Shown here: positions 1 through 12,836 of the stretch, one piece after another
Numbering within the stretch: the stretch's first letter is position 1
How the letters are laid out: each line of letters opens with the position of its first letter
Assembly (NCBI GenBank): GCA_964016885.1
Contig: OZ024743.1
Coordinates: 216,938,001-217,002,000 of the forward strand
Reading direction: 5' to 3'
DNA from: Eledone cirrhosa
Taxonomy: Eukaryota
DNA: 64,000 bases
Notes under the pieces: model-generated
The model's input: the letters and a program-made list of their open reading frames with translations, nothing else
Databases searched by the model: none
What the model was told of the DNA's origin: nothing
Translations under genes and position numbers: made by a program

Positions 1-81
1 AGTGATGTTGCAGGGAGGGAGGTAACTACGGTTTTAAAAAGGGCACTCAATACATTGGTAGAGTATATGCATCATTGGACG

Positions 82-268
82 ATTGGCAGTATCGGTAGAG
101 GGTCTGGCGCCATGCTTTGCAGCATAGTGTTACATCCCTTTACGGTCCGATTTCAAATCCCGCCGAGGTTAACTTTGCCTTTCATCCTTATGGGGTCGAT
201 GCCATAAAGTACCAGTAATGTACTGGGATAATTGCTGGTCTTGTGCCAAAAGCAGAAACAATTATCAT
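82..268 (+). mobile_element. SINE family A copy (conserved core GCCGAGGTYRACTTTGCCTTTCATCC...GTCGAT...AAAGTACCAG)
   Basis: The same core recurs at ~8164, 8660, 9630, 14740, 39770, 51030 and 52630 (+) and 26157-26263 (-). A B-box-like TTCAAATCC precedes the core. Boundaries approximate. Confidence 0.75.
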
Positions 269-426
269 ATATATAGAAATGACTTCTACAGGACTAGAAC
301 TATTTCAGTCGTCTGAAACCATCATGAATATGTATATATATATATATATATAAAATACTTTTTAAAATACACTCCCACATGAGTAGGAATGTTGTGTATG
401 CAAATATGTAAAAATGTATGTAAGTG

Positions 427-430
<4 letters not shown>

Positions 431-458
<28 letters not shown>

Positions 459-500
459 TGTATGTATGTATGTATGTATGTATGTATGTATGTATGTGTA
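431..500. repeat. (TATG)n microsatellite
   Basis: Read directly; explains the YIHT/VCMY pseudo-ORFs. Confidence 0.95.
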
Positions 501-501
501 T

Positions 502-755
502 GGCTGTGTGGTTAGAGAATTGGATTCGCAATCGTGAACTTCTGAGTTCGAGTCAAGGACCGGGTGATGCGTGATGTCCTTGAGCAAGACACTTTATTTC
601 ACGTTGCTCCTTCTACCTGGATGTTCCACCGGTCGATAGTATTAGAAATTAGATAGGATTAGAAATTAGAAATGGAAACATTGTTTCCTCGATCCAAATT
701 GATGAGTTCCACCCCAATCGTTAAACGAATGAGGCCTCGGATCTTGTCGATCGAG
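502..755 (+). mobile_element. SINE family B copy (tRNA-like head, GTTCGA...GACCGGG...TGTCCTTGAGCAAGACACTTTATTTCAC)
   Basis: A-box-like GTGGTTAGAG and B-box-like GAGTTCGAGTC; near-identical to 3912-4105, 10815-11100 and 13895-14180. Confidence 0.75.
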
Positions 756-980
756 TGTTATATGTATGTATGTATACATGTATATATATGTTTATATGTA
801 TGTATATGTGATGTATGATTTATATATATGGGTTCGATAACACACTATTATATATATTTGCGAATGAATCTCCTTGTACACGCTTGTATGCAGTATTCGA
901 TATCTATGTGTATATACATATTTTGTGCGCATATATAATATATATATATATGTATATATATATATATTGTATATATATTG

Positions 981-1131
981 TGGACACACTGGAAGAGGAA
1001 AACCAAGGTTAACGTATGTTGATACCCTAAGGACAGACACTGGTCTGTTGGAGACGCAGGACATGGCAGCGATAATGAGGGACAAAGACCGTTGGAGAGA
1101 ACTCGTCCATGGATCTCGGGAATTTTACCCG

Positions 1132-1135
<4 letters not shown>
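981..1135 (+). mobile_element. RTE-type LINE 3' end fragment inserted in (TA)n
   Basis: Encodes [40 protein letters not shown]; near-identical to the 3' part of 33851-34327. Confidence 0.85.
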
Positions 1136-1220
<85 letters not shown>

Positions 1221-1269
1221 CACATATATATATATATACACATATATATATACACATATATATATATAT

Positions 1270-1338
<69 letters not shown>

Positions 1339-1340
1339 CA
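1136..1340. repeat. (TA)n/(TACA) microsatellite
   Basis: Read directly; representative of many (TA)n tracts in the window. Confidence 0.95.
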
Positions 1341-1554
1341 TCTCTGTATTTGAGAAAGCATGTACACCCGAGCATATATAGTTTTTGACCATAATTTTAT
1401 TTTTATCTATAAATGCATATACACTTACACACACGCGTGTGACCCGATGCAAATATGGTGTATTTATGAATGTGTTGTGTAAAACGATAGTATATGCGAA
1501 GTAAAGAAAATAAAAGTAACGAAAACAAAATTAGAGACAATTAAGTGATAGACA

Positions 1555-2060
1555 GAAAGGCGTATGTGTGTATATAGATATATGTATAGAATCATCCAAA
1601 GAGATAGATAGAAATGTATGGGTAGAGAGATATATACATATAATGATGCAAAGAGATAAAGAGAAACGTACGTGTGTGTATATAGATGTATGTATAGAAT
1701 CATCCAAAGAGATAGATAGAAATGTATGGGTAGAGAGATATATACATAGAATGATGCAAAGAGATAAATAGAAACGTACGTGTGTGTATATAGATGTATG
1801 TATAGAATCATCCAAAGAGATAGATAGAAATGTATGGGTAGAGAGATATATACATAGAATGATGCAAAGAGATAAATAGAAACGTACGTGTGTGTATATA
1901 GATATATGCATAGAATCATCCAAAGAGTTAGATAGAAATGTATGGGTAGAGAGATATATACATAGAATGATGCAAAGTGATAAATAGAAAGGTGTATGGG
2001 AATAGATAGATATATCCATAGAATGATTCACAGATAGAAGGTGTATATATGTATAGATAG
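1555..2060. repeat. 108 bp tandem repeat (~4.5 copies, made of two related ~54 bp subunits)
   Basis: GAAACGTACGTG starts at 1663, 1771 and 1879 (period 108); degenerate copies at 1555 and 1987. Confidence 0.9.
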
Positions 2061-2159
2061 GTGTATAGTGATAATGTTCCATAGAGATATAGACAAACAG
2101 ACGTGAAAATATATAGATAAAACAGTAAATGTTTAGAAATGATGAGATATTAAGCGGCC

Positions 2160-2540
2160 CCTACGTGGTTTCTCTGCCGCTAAAACAGCAGCAAAATCTC
2201 TCTTAAATTACATCCTACTGTCTTTAAAAGAGGAACTATTGATTTGATGTTGTTCCGTGAGCTGTTTAACTGTGGTGGTGGAAGAGGATGACCACAACAA
2301 GTATTCGTTTGATCGTAATGTCTCTTCAATGAAGACTGGGACTAAACAAAACCATCAAGTAATCCAATGACGGAGCCACTATATAGAAATAGCAGCCAAA
2401 TATTCCTCAATTCATCACCTAAAAAGAAAGAAGTGTGTTTAATTCCATTTATGTCTGAGAAATATGACAAGATTTTGAGTGCTGAAATGTTTCTGATCAT
2501 AGGTCTGTTCGAATAAGGTTGACCTGTGGCTAAATAGCAG
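2160..2540 (+). mobile_element. Two adjacent degenerate copies of interspersed repeat family C (TGGTCACTCG...CTAGAAATAGCAGCCAAATCTC...GGCTAAACAAC)
   Basis: The AAATAGCAGCCAAA motif and GACCTGKGGCTAAA end recur at ~16000-16550, 24300 and 42690-43230 (+) and at 19570-19720, 20520-20970, 43930-44110 and 61900 (-). Confidence 0.6.
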
Positions 2541-3430
2541 CTTCTTTTTGTAGTTGATGAATGATTTATTCAGACTGAAGCAGAGCTTATAAATTCAGAC
2601 GGTAGTAAACAAATATAGTAAGATTTGGCACAAACGAAATGGATCCACAAGCAAATATAGAAAATAAATTTGGAAAGGGATAGATATATAAGATATATAA
2701 TTAAATGGTCTTTTTGTCTGTTGATTCCAGAAATACGTAGGTAAGTAGGTAGGTAGGTTGGTAGAGATACAAACTGATAAACAGAAAGATAGGCTGAAAA
2801 ACTTATGATATGTAGAAAGGAAAACAGATGAACAGCTAGATAGTTAAGCAGAGAAGACACAAACAGACAGGTAACAGGTAGGTAGATATGTACAAAAAAT
2901 AGATAAACTAAATGGTTATATAGATACAACATTTGTAAGATTGGAGTAAAAAATACTACAAACAAATAAATGTACCAGTGCGTATAAAGTTGGTGTTTAA
3001 TTTCTGAATGTCGATAGAAAAACAGTCTAATGTGATTCTCATATAAACTGAAGTATATATGTATTCATGTACACTTATACACTCACGCGGATGCAGACAC
3101 ATAAACACACACATACATATATCCGTAGTATGTGTGTTAACGCGTGTGAAAGAGCCGTTATGAAAGAAACCAAGATAGTAGAAAAGATAGGCAGATAGAT
3201 AAAGTGCTACAATTTAAAGTGACAGGAGATAATTTAGAAGTTAAGGAACGAACGGAAATATTTTGACAGTGGCAGACAAGATATTCTTGTTAAGAGTAGT
3301 CAGAGACAGCGAACAACTTGAATGCGGTAAAATATCTAACACATTTGGCAGACAGACAAACTTTATCGGTCGGTTTGAAAGGTGTAAGCAGATTTAGATA
3401 AATGAAAACATTACATAAGCCCTTAATGCG

Positions 3431-3481
<51 letters not shown>

Positions 3482-3578
3482 AAATCTATCTATATATATA
3501 TATGTATGTGTGTGCGTATATATACGCACGCACACACACGCATACACACACACGCACACACACGCACACGCACACACG

Positions 3579-3611
<33 letters not shown>

Positions 3612-3911
3612 TAATATTTTAGTTTTTCGGTCATTGAGTTGTGGCCATTATAATACCTCAAAGGGTTTAACCGATCGTATCGATCCAAATGCATCGATTA
3701 TATTTTTGTCGAAACACTGTTACGGCATGTGACTTAAAGGTACAGCTAGCGCACGCATAGACACACACACCTTTAGACATCTGAAAGACTAGATATTTAT
3801 GAAACCTCTGGTAACGCTAAAGTATGCCAACACTTTTTCAACTTTTACCTCGAGTTCATTGCTTTTTCTTTCCTTTGTACTCACATCTGTGAATGTATGT
3901 ATGAATACATG

Positions 3912-4105
3912 TGGCTGATTGGTTAGAGAATTAGATTCACAATCTTGAGGTTGTAAGTTCGATTCCTGGACCGGGCGATGCGTTATGTCCTTGAGCAAGA
4001 CACTTTATTTCACGTTGTTCCTTCTACCTGGAGTTGCGACCGATAGATAGTATTAGCAACTGGAAAGACCGACGGAAACATTGTTTCCTCGGTCCGATTT
4101 GACGA
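3912..4105 (+). mobile_element. SINE family B copy
   Basis: Collinear with 502-755. Confidence 0.75.
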
Positions 4106-6972
4106 AAGTCAATTGATATATATATATATATTTGTATATATATATATATATAGAGAGAGAGAGTGGGGTATCTGTGTAACTCTTACCTCGGTGAACTGAA
4201 TTTGATTATTTCTTGTCACTGGCCTTTCTTTTGTTATAAAAAGAAAAACTGAAAAAAAACAACCTCACGAAACATGAAGAGTCATTTCCTATCATTGTTT
4301 TACTAACTACTAACACTCTAACATAATTAAATATATATTAATCACCCACACACACACACACATACACACACATACACACATACACACACTACACAGTGGA
4401 GTTTTCGGCACAGTTTCTGTCTGTTAGATATTACTGTCAAGTTATTAGTCAAACATGTCATCTCTAAAAGCCACTGGCCCCAAGATGCCGCGCTATAGGA
4501 TCAAATACAGAACCACATAATTGCGTATCGAACTTCATAAGCAGACGATTATGTTCGTAGGTTTTACTACCGACGCCGTTTTTGTTGTAGTCAGTCCCAC
4601 ACAGAAAGTTATTTCAACTATGACTAGACCGTTTTCTTTTTTCAGACATAAAGTATCTATGTCCACTGTGATGTTTAAGAAATGCTCTCTCTCTCGGAGG
4701 AGGACTTGACAATTACCACGCCCTCCCCCTTCCCTTTCTGATTAAACAGTAGAAATATGCATACTTAATATATCCAGAATTATATTATCTTACATGATCA
4801 TCCCTGTAAAATGGAGAGTTGGCTACGATCTAACGTAGTGTATCATCATATAGAGGATCCATCATTTTCTCACAGCGAAGTTTTGTATATTTACGGATCG
4901 TATGTAATATAGATGAGGCAAAGATAACTTGGCGTGCTTTCTACAACCAACTGCCCATCTCGTCTTGATATAGACTAAGGCGAAATTGTTGGAGGGGTTG
5001 AAATGTGTGTGAGGTGTTTGATGCCGTTAGTGTGTGATTTGACTGCTATTTGTTACCTGTACAAACGATTGAGCATATAGTATCCCATTGGCTCGAAAGG
5101 ATGAAATGTAAAGTTAACTTCAGCAGGATTCGGAGAGATGAAAACTGTGAGGTATTCTATTCGATGTTCTAACCATATTGCCAATTCGTCGCCTTCATAT
5201 ACATGTATTAATGTGGTGGAGGTGGAAGATGGGATAGAATAGATATAAAGAAATAGAATAAAACGAATATGCTATAGATTAAGATAGTAATAATGAAATG
5301 AATGAATATATGATAGCCATATGTATCATGTGGTACAAGGCTTTTATATAGGATAGATTCAGGGGTTCATTTGGAGGAGAGGGAAGAAATAGAACAAATG
5401 TTTTTTTAGTTCATAGATTCACTCAATATGTCACCGTTCTAGAAAACCTCCTCCATATGCACTCTATTTTGGGGAACTCCAGCGGCATCCATCTGACTGA
5501 AAAATTATTTAATCTATCAAAAGGATGTTTTGCAAACAGTGAAACGAATGACTATATAGGGCTTACGTAAAAGGCCCTTTGAAAAAAGATTCTCACAGCA
5601 TATGTATACATTGAGGAAAAAAGGAAGACACGATACTCTCTCAATAATTCTTTTTTTTTATTTTGTTTTTCAATTTACACAGAAGTATGTACTTTTGACA
5701 TGTTTCCAAGCCTATACACTAAACCTGTATATATCTATATATACATTTACGCATTGTCGATTAAGCTCTGTAATATGTATGGGCGCGTTTAAATTTAACG
5801 TATACTTCGACGACGGAGAGATTAAATAAAGGTTCCTTTATTAGTTTATTCTTATCTTATCGTACTGGTCATCCTGGGAGTACCGTCTTCAAGGGTTGAG
5901 TCGATCATATTGACCTAGTACTTATTTCAGCGATCTCTAGTTGAGAACTGCGATATAGTGATTATTTTAAACCAGAAAGCCATATCTACGTCTCAGTTCA
6001 GATATAACATATGTAAAGTTGAATACTTCCCCCACTTTGCAATTGGAACTTTGTTAGTTTTAACGTTAATTATATCAATTGTTTCGAGCTTCTCATTGAA
6101 ATACTGTTTAAGGGGGCTTGTATTCAACATACACTTGAAATCTTATCGCGAGCTTCAGAATGATAGTGACACTATCTGGTCGGGAATGATGGCCCTTTAA
6201 GTTACATGTATAGTTCTTTCTAACGCTGACAAATGTTCCTCTACCGGCGAAAATTAAGTCGATTAGGGTCTTCTGCTACAGGTGCCAGACAAAGAGATTG
6301 AACAAACAACATCTTTATTTCGAAGCTAGTATTTTAAACATTCATCTTTGCATGCGCCCTACAACACACCATTTTCGGTTCTTCAATCCGTTTCGAAGAT
6401 GATCACTCAATTTTCCAATTAAATGAAAGTCTAACTAGAAAATCAACGTGTAAGTGATTAACTATTCGACATACAAGTTTACCCATAACATAATTCATAA
6501 TTCAGCGTGATATATAACAAGGCTCGTTTTTTGAATTACAGTTGCAATCAATGCGATGGGTTTCTATATAGTTTCAATTTACCCAAATTCACTCACAACG
6601 GCTGAGTCGAACCGAGCTTAATTTAATGACATTCCACTAAATTGTCATGCAATGTAATCGAACATGCGGACTCATGATTTCAAAAGGATTTCTTAACCCT
6701 TCTGCCATGTCTACGTACATGCCCTGCAACTAACAAGCATATGGACAAACAGACAAACAGGTGAAACCACTGACAGAGAAACATCGGCAGACATGCAGAG
6801 CAACATAGCTGCAGATAATTGGAATTAGGTGCTGTTGCACTCAAGCCAATTAGTTATTATATGTAAGTTTGTTAGCAAACACACACCGAGGTGGACACTG
6901 TGATAGACGAGTGATAAGAGAAGGAAAGAAAGAAATAGAACAACAGAACAAGGAGACAGATATATATATATA

Positions 6973-7006
<34 letters not shown>

Positions 7007-7008
<2 letters not shown>

Positions 7009-7188
7009 GGAACAAGTATGACCTCGACGCCAGGCTAAACATTCTTATTTAGTCCAGAACTAGCCGTCGAAACGGCTTGAGCTCTGCCGTCGGGGTCATA
7101 CTTGATCCTATTACCCACTCTACTACCCTAAGTATTGAGTACTTTGGTGCGTTATGGTCCATCTGGTTCCTTACCACATTTCCTTCGT
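7007..7188 (+). mobile_element. (TA)n-inserted element family H1 (hammerhead 3' half plus tail) with a short inverted copy at 7007-7029
   Basis: Contains TAGCCGTCGAAACGGCTTGAGCTCTGCCGTCGGGGTC; 7007-7029 is the reverse complement of ~7088-7110; (TA)n on both sides. Confidence 0.8.
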
Positions 7189-7563
7189 TATATATATATA
7201 TATATATATGTTGTTATACTTTGGGAGGGTCATGTTGCCAATATATATATATATATACATATCTGTCTCCATGTTCGGTTGTTCTATTTCTTTATATATA
7301 TATATAATGGGTGGAAGATGTGTATAGTTGGATTGATAATGGGTAGATAGAATGTAGAGATGAGTTGGATTGTAGTTGCTGGAGAGAATATGCCATGTTT
7401 GGGGTGAAAATATTCATAGAAAAGCAAACGGATAAATGCATAGACTATAAAGGCAGACATATACAGAGACTTATCCGCGTTCATGTGTATGCAGTTATAC
7501 ATTTAAATACATTAAGAACAATACATTCTGAACTAGTAGTTACTAAAATAACTTACAAAAATT

Positions 7564-7611
7564 GCTCCAAACTCTAATGTTTCGTACGTCTTACGTACTC
7601 GTCAGTGGAGC
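7564..7611 (-). ncRNA. Hammerhead ribozyme (minimal type I)
   Basis: The minus strand reads GCUCCA-CUGACGA-GUACGU(AAG)ACGUAC-GAAA-C(AUUAGA)G-UU-UGGAGC: 6 bp helix I, 6 bp helix II, 2 bp helix III, intact core, GUU cleavage triplet. Confidence 0.8.
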
Positions 7612-7637
7612 GGGAAAGAGCAACGCATAGATCCGGC

Positions 7638-7682
<45 letters not shown>

Positions 7683-8163
7683 ATATACTAGTATATATCC
7701 TGTTTCCCAGGATATTCAAATGTATAGCTCTATTGAGATTATTTTGCTGTTGTATGAAGAATTCGCGTGACCAAATACTTTGTATATATAAATACTTTGT
7801 ACAAATACTTTGTACAATGGTAGTAATAAGCTCTAGCTAGATGATTTTAGAGAGATTTAGTAATATATCTCTAACATTTAGATTATTAAAGTAATGTTTG
7901 GAAGATATCAAATTAGATTTTCATCCAAAATTATTGGTTTTAGATGAATATAAATATGGTAAAAGAAATATGTTTGTAATTATCGAAACGGGGCCTGTTT
8001 CATGCTGCTTATTATCAAAAGCTTTAATAATTGCATAGAGCAATTTGGATGAAATGTTTATTCTAATATTAGCTAGTGTATATGCTGTTATTCCAAAATA
8101 TATTTTCATGTATAATTGCTCACTTATTTACATAGCTCTGTCATGAATATTTCATCATTATAT

Positions 8164-8268
8164 CGCCGAGGTTGACTTTGCCTTTCATCCTTACGGGGTC
8201 GATAAAATAAAGTACCAGTAATGCACTGGATATTTGCTGGCCTTGTGCCTAAAGTAGAAACAATTATA
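8164..8268 (+). mobile_element. 5'-truncated SINE family A copy
   Basis: Matches 161-268 closely. Confidence 0.75.
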
Positions 8269-10814
8269 TCTATACACTTGTAGAAATATCACCCCCACCT
8301 TCTAAAGCAGAAATTAGTCATGTGGGTCACATACTATATGTTCGTCAGGAGCTCCTTTTTGTGAGAGTGCCTTACGACCGGATGCTCTTCTTGACGCCAA
8401 CCATTTAAGTCTCGTTTTACGACACGCAGGGATCCTGTGCTCCTATTCTGAACCGGATGCACACAGCATGATAGGAAGCAGGAGAAAAGAAAAAAATAAT
8501 AGTTTTTCTAAACAAGGTAAATTTTGATATGAAAAGAGAAATGTCGAGAAGAGACAGATGGGTATTTCTATTAAATGAAATTAATATGCCTGTATATTAA
8601 TTTATATAGCTTAGCTATGGGAAAAGTTGATTGCAGTTGAATCCTTAGAGCGCTGGCTAAAATGAGTTCAAATCTTGCCGATGTTAATTTTGCTTTTCAT
8701 CTTTCCGAGGCCGAGAAAATAACATACCATTCAAATTCTGGTATTGATAAAATTGAATTATTCCTCAAGAAATGGCTGGCCTTTTATCTATGCAAGAAAT
8801 TGATATCCTTCGTTTATTGTTGCTATAAGGGCAACAGATAAAAGAACATCACATAGGAAAATTAGAAAGGCGCTGGGAGAATTTTTCTAGAATGGAAAAG
8901 GGACAACGAAAACACTGTATAATGTATAAAGGGATATCAACTGGAGAAATGGGAGAAAAATCTGTCTCAATAGGGAAGCAAACCCCCGGGGAAGGAACTC
9001 CATAGATCCAGGGTTATCCTTTCAACCAAATATGTTATCGTTCATTAGCTCTGTTTTCAGAGATGGCCCATTTATGCAGGTTATATTTCGTACTGTAACC
9101 CATCTTCTAGCAACACATTTCGAGGGCAGCAAATTCTATTTAACCCCCATCTTTCTTTCCATTAATAAAGTTGATGAGCGATTGACTGAAGTGGACCGTA
9201 GATATCCCTAGTTATTTTAACCTTACTCAGCGCAATATCTGCAATGCTCTGCTTTTATATCGGATAGTTCAACGTCCGCTCACACTCCGGGAATCAAATA
9301 TCGCGATTGATTATGGAAGTAGACCATGTCTCCTGACTACAAAACAGAGTACTGTGAAAAATTGATTTCAGCAGATGAAGTGACATGTATGATTGTCAAA
9401 CGACACGGACCATTCTGCTTTATACATGCTAGGCTTGTTCTATACTACCTTGCCCAGTGACTACTACATGCGGATGCATTCAGAGTTGTGTGTGTCAAGG
9501 AGTAAAGACGCTTCCGATATTAGACACGACACAAACAAGTGAGTATAATTGTTTCTAAAATAGGCACAAGATTGCCAGTATTTGTAGAGCGTCGGACGAC
9601 ATGTTTAGCAGCATAGTTATGGCCTTATAGGTTCTGAGTTCAAATCCAACCGAGGTAAGCTTTGCTTTCCTATTTTCGGGATCGATAAAGTAAAGTACCG
9701 GTAACGCACTGGAGTTGATTTAAACGACGTTCTCTTCCCCTCAAACTGTTGGCTTTGGACCTCAATCAGAAACCATTATTATTATCATTAAATTAAGGTC
9801 GATTTTGTTAATTATTTCGAGTTGAATTATTGATTAGAACATTTTCTGGAAGGACGGAGGACAATCTAATATAAGGTGAGAGATAACACGCGCGCCCAAA
9901 CACACACATACATAAAACAATATTCTTGTATGTGTGGAACAAAAACGTGGGTGTTTGGCAGGCAAATAGACGATATAAGGATTTGTAGCATGTCTTAACT
10001 TCAAGAACATTCATTCTACATCAACTGTTTGTTGGAATTCACAATTCCAGCGTCTTCTGACGGCTTTGCAGCCTCCAACAATGCCAAGTAGCCTTGATGT
10101 TATCTAGATTCCTATTAGCACACATCAAAGCATTCAGTTCGCTTGTTTTTTTGTTTATTTATTTATTCATTTACGTACTTATTTCTTTATTTATCTCTTT
10201 TTCTTGTTCATTCGGGATGCCAACGCATTAAGTTAGGTTTAGCTGCCTGTGATCACACAGTTTGAACGAACAACGTCCATAGCTGACCAAACGTTCTTGT
10301 CGTCACACTGTCGTGGCCTTTCACTTCTTGCGCTGCTCAGAACGATGTAATTGAAGGAAACTTCAACACTGCTGGTTTCTCATCGAAATTGTGACCTGTG
10401 CTTCGACCTCGCACATAACAATGGTAGGCTTTTCTTTCATGAAGATGAAATGGTGGGGATAAGTAATTTATTTGGTTTGCGAAACGCTTTCCAGTGCCAC
10501 AATAGTCACAAACCTAGTCAGGGATATACTTTGCGTAAACGCAAAGAAGAGGATTAAAGGTCGCTAGTGTGTTCTGCAGTGTATTCGATGCCCCGATTGC
10601 TGCTCTTCCCCGTATTGCGCCTAAAAGTTTTTTAGTTTACTACATTACATCATAGAAATTCGCGCGCACACACACATGCTTACATATGGTTGTAGACACA
10701 AAAGAATGTAAAATGCAGTAAACATATATAAAGTTCAATACGTATATCTGCTGTAAATATGTGGACCTCAAACTATAAATTTTCAGGCTGTAAATGAGAA
10801 TATATATATGAAGT

Positions 10815-11100
10815 CCTGAGGTTGTGAGTTTGAATCCAGGACCGGGTGATGCATCATGTCCTTGAGCAAGACACTTTATTTCACGCAGCTCCAGCTCTGT
10901 AGAGATGAGTTGTAACGTCAGTGATACCAAGATGTACTGATCATTGCCTTTTCCTTGGACAACCTCGGTGGCGTGGAGAGGGGAGGCTGGTATGCATGTG
11001 TAACTGCTGGTCTTCCACAAAACAATCTTACACGGACTTGTGCCTTGGAGGGGAACTTTCTGGGTACAAATCCCATGGTCATTCGTGACAAATAGGAGTC
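10815..11100 (+). mobile_element. SINE family B copy with long body
   Basis: Head as in 502-755; body shared with 13895-14180. Confidence 0.75.
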
Positions 11101-12574
11101 TTTATATATATGTATAAGGTGCAAGATACTTCAAAGTTTGTGTAGATAGTTTTGACTGCTCCAGACCGCAGTGAAAACACTTTCACCGAAACGCCGTAGC
11201 CACGCTCAACTTTTTCCTAAGAAAATAATGTTTTTATTAAGCTTGCATGTATTGAGTGCTCATCCATTTAAAGTTAGAAAGTTCCATGTATATCTATATA
11301 TAAAACAGCCGTTTTAATGCCCATGTGTGTATGATGTTACAGCTTAGGGATTAGAATGCCTGGTTCACGATCAAACGGCGCGCCATGTCCTTGTGCAAGA
11401 CACTTTAGTCTAAGTTGCTTCAGTCCAGTCAGTTGGGAAACAAATGAGTTCTACCAGTAATTCAGAGAACTAGATTTGTCACACAATATGTCATGCTGAA
11501 TCTCCCCGAGAACTATATTATATGTACACATGACAATGAACTGATCAGCTACCTACGCTAATTTCAAGCAGAGGTTGTTCCGTTATCGTTCGAACTGGAA
11601 CACTTGTCGCCGTAACCAACAGTGTTCAAGACACACATTTTATGTACAAGTATACGCACGTACATACATACGGACGGGAAAACATCATTCACCGAAACAA
11701 GTGCGGGTTAGTAATTCGTATATGACAGAATAGTATTGATAAAACAGAACTATCACATGCCGAGTTAAAGAGGTCCACAGCCAGAGAAGAAAAAGCAGGC
11801 GGTTATTTAGATTCGCCTCACAAGAGCGCACACACACACATGTATACAAATTCGTAAGTACACACATACGCATACACACACGCGTACATATGCACTAACA
11901 CGCACACACACACGTACATATGCATGTTTATACACACACAAAAATACCTCTATGTGTGTTGTGTGTGTGTCTGTATTCCATTTATATTCCTCACTGTCAA
12001 TGTTTGTATGTTTGTGTGAATGTTTGTGGTCTCTATTTTCGCGTGTTTTCTCTTTAATCTCAGTCAGGTTGCCGGCCTGTCTGCCCTCTCTCACCCCCCT
12101 CTCCACCTTCTTTCCGTCTGCTTTTATATATGACTTTCATCTAAGTATATATCTTTCACCCTCCCTGTCTATATATCTTCTTTCTTCCTTTCTCTTTATT
12201 TCTCTTACTTTCGTATATATTTGTGTATTGGTATAATATCTTTCATTCCTTCATCATTTGTTTTTGTCTAAGCTGCAGCTGTTTACAACTGTGACATAAA
12301 TAAATAAATACTTTCACATTTCGATGCGTTTAACACTTTCGTTACCATATTTCTAAAGAAACACAGAACGTATAATTTTGAAAATGAACAAGAATATGGA
12401 GTGATTTAATAATACAACTAATACATAACATTTTGATGAAAGATTTTTAAACAAATATAAACATTTTAAAATAAAACCAAAGATATTTATTGAATGAACC
12501 AGGGGCGGATACAGTTGACTTGGTATCAAAAGTGTTTTAAGTGCGCTAAAGAAAAAGGAAATACATGACAATCA

Positions 12575-12836
12575 ACAGCCCCGCAGCTGGAATGGCTCTT
12601 ACAGTGCATTTCCCTCACCATCCTTCGGGGAAACGTCTTCTCTATTCTATCCGCCGGTGCTGCGGGGCGACTTGCGCCGGAGCCGCGGGGCGGTCATTAC
12701 GCCGCTTCCGCGGGGCGGTCACTACGCCGGATCCGCGGGACAGCCAGCGCGTGGGGTCCCATTTGCTCATAATAGTGGGAGAGCGGGAGAGACGGATGTA
12801 GTGAGGGTGGGAGTTTGGCTCCATTGTGTTTCGAAC
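12575..12836 (+). mobile_element. CRE-type non-LTR retrotransposon 3' end (ORF end plus 3' UTR)
   Basis: From 12587 it reads LEWLLQCISLTILRGNVFSILSAG, homologous to 45073-45146; the 3' UTR is homologous to 58752-58830; GC-rich island. Confidence 0.75.

Noticed and set aside
502-570. tRNA gene
   Set aside because: The A/B-box-like motifs belong to a SINE head; no cloverleaf could be folded.
11155-11205. Hammerhead-like GTGAAA..TTTCAC-C-GAAACGCCGTA
   Set aside because: The 5' core is CAGACCG rather than CUGANGA and there is no convincing helix I; at best a decayed relic.
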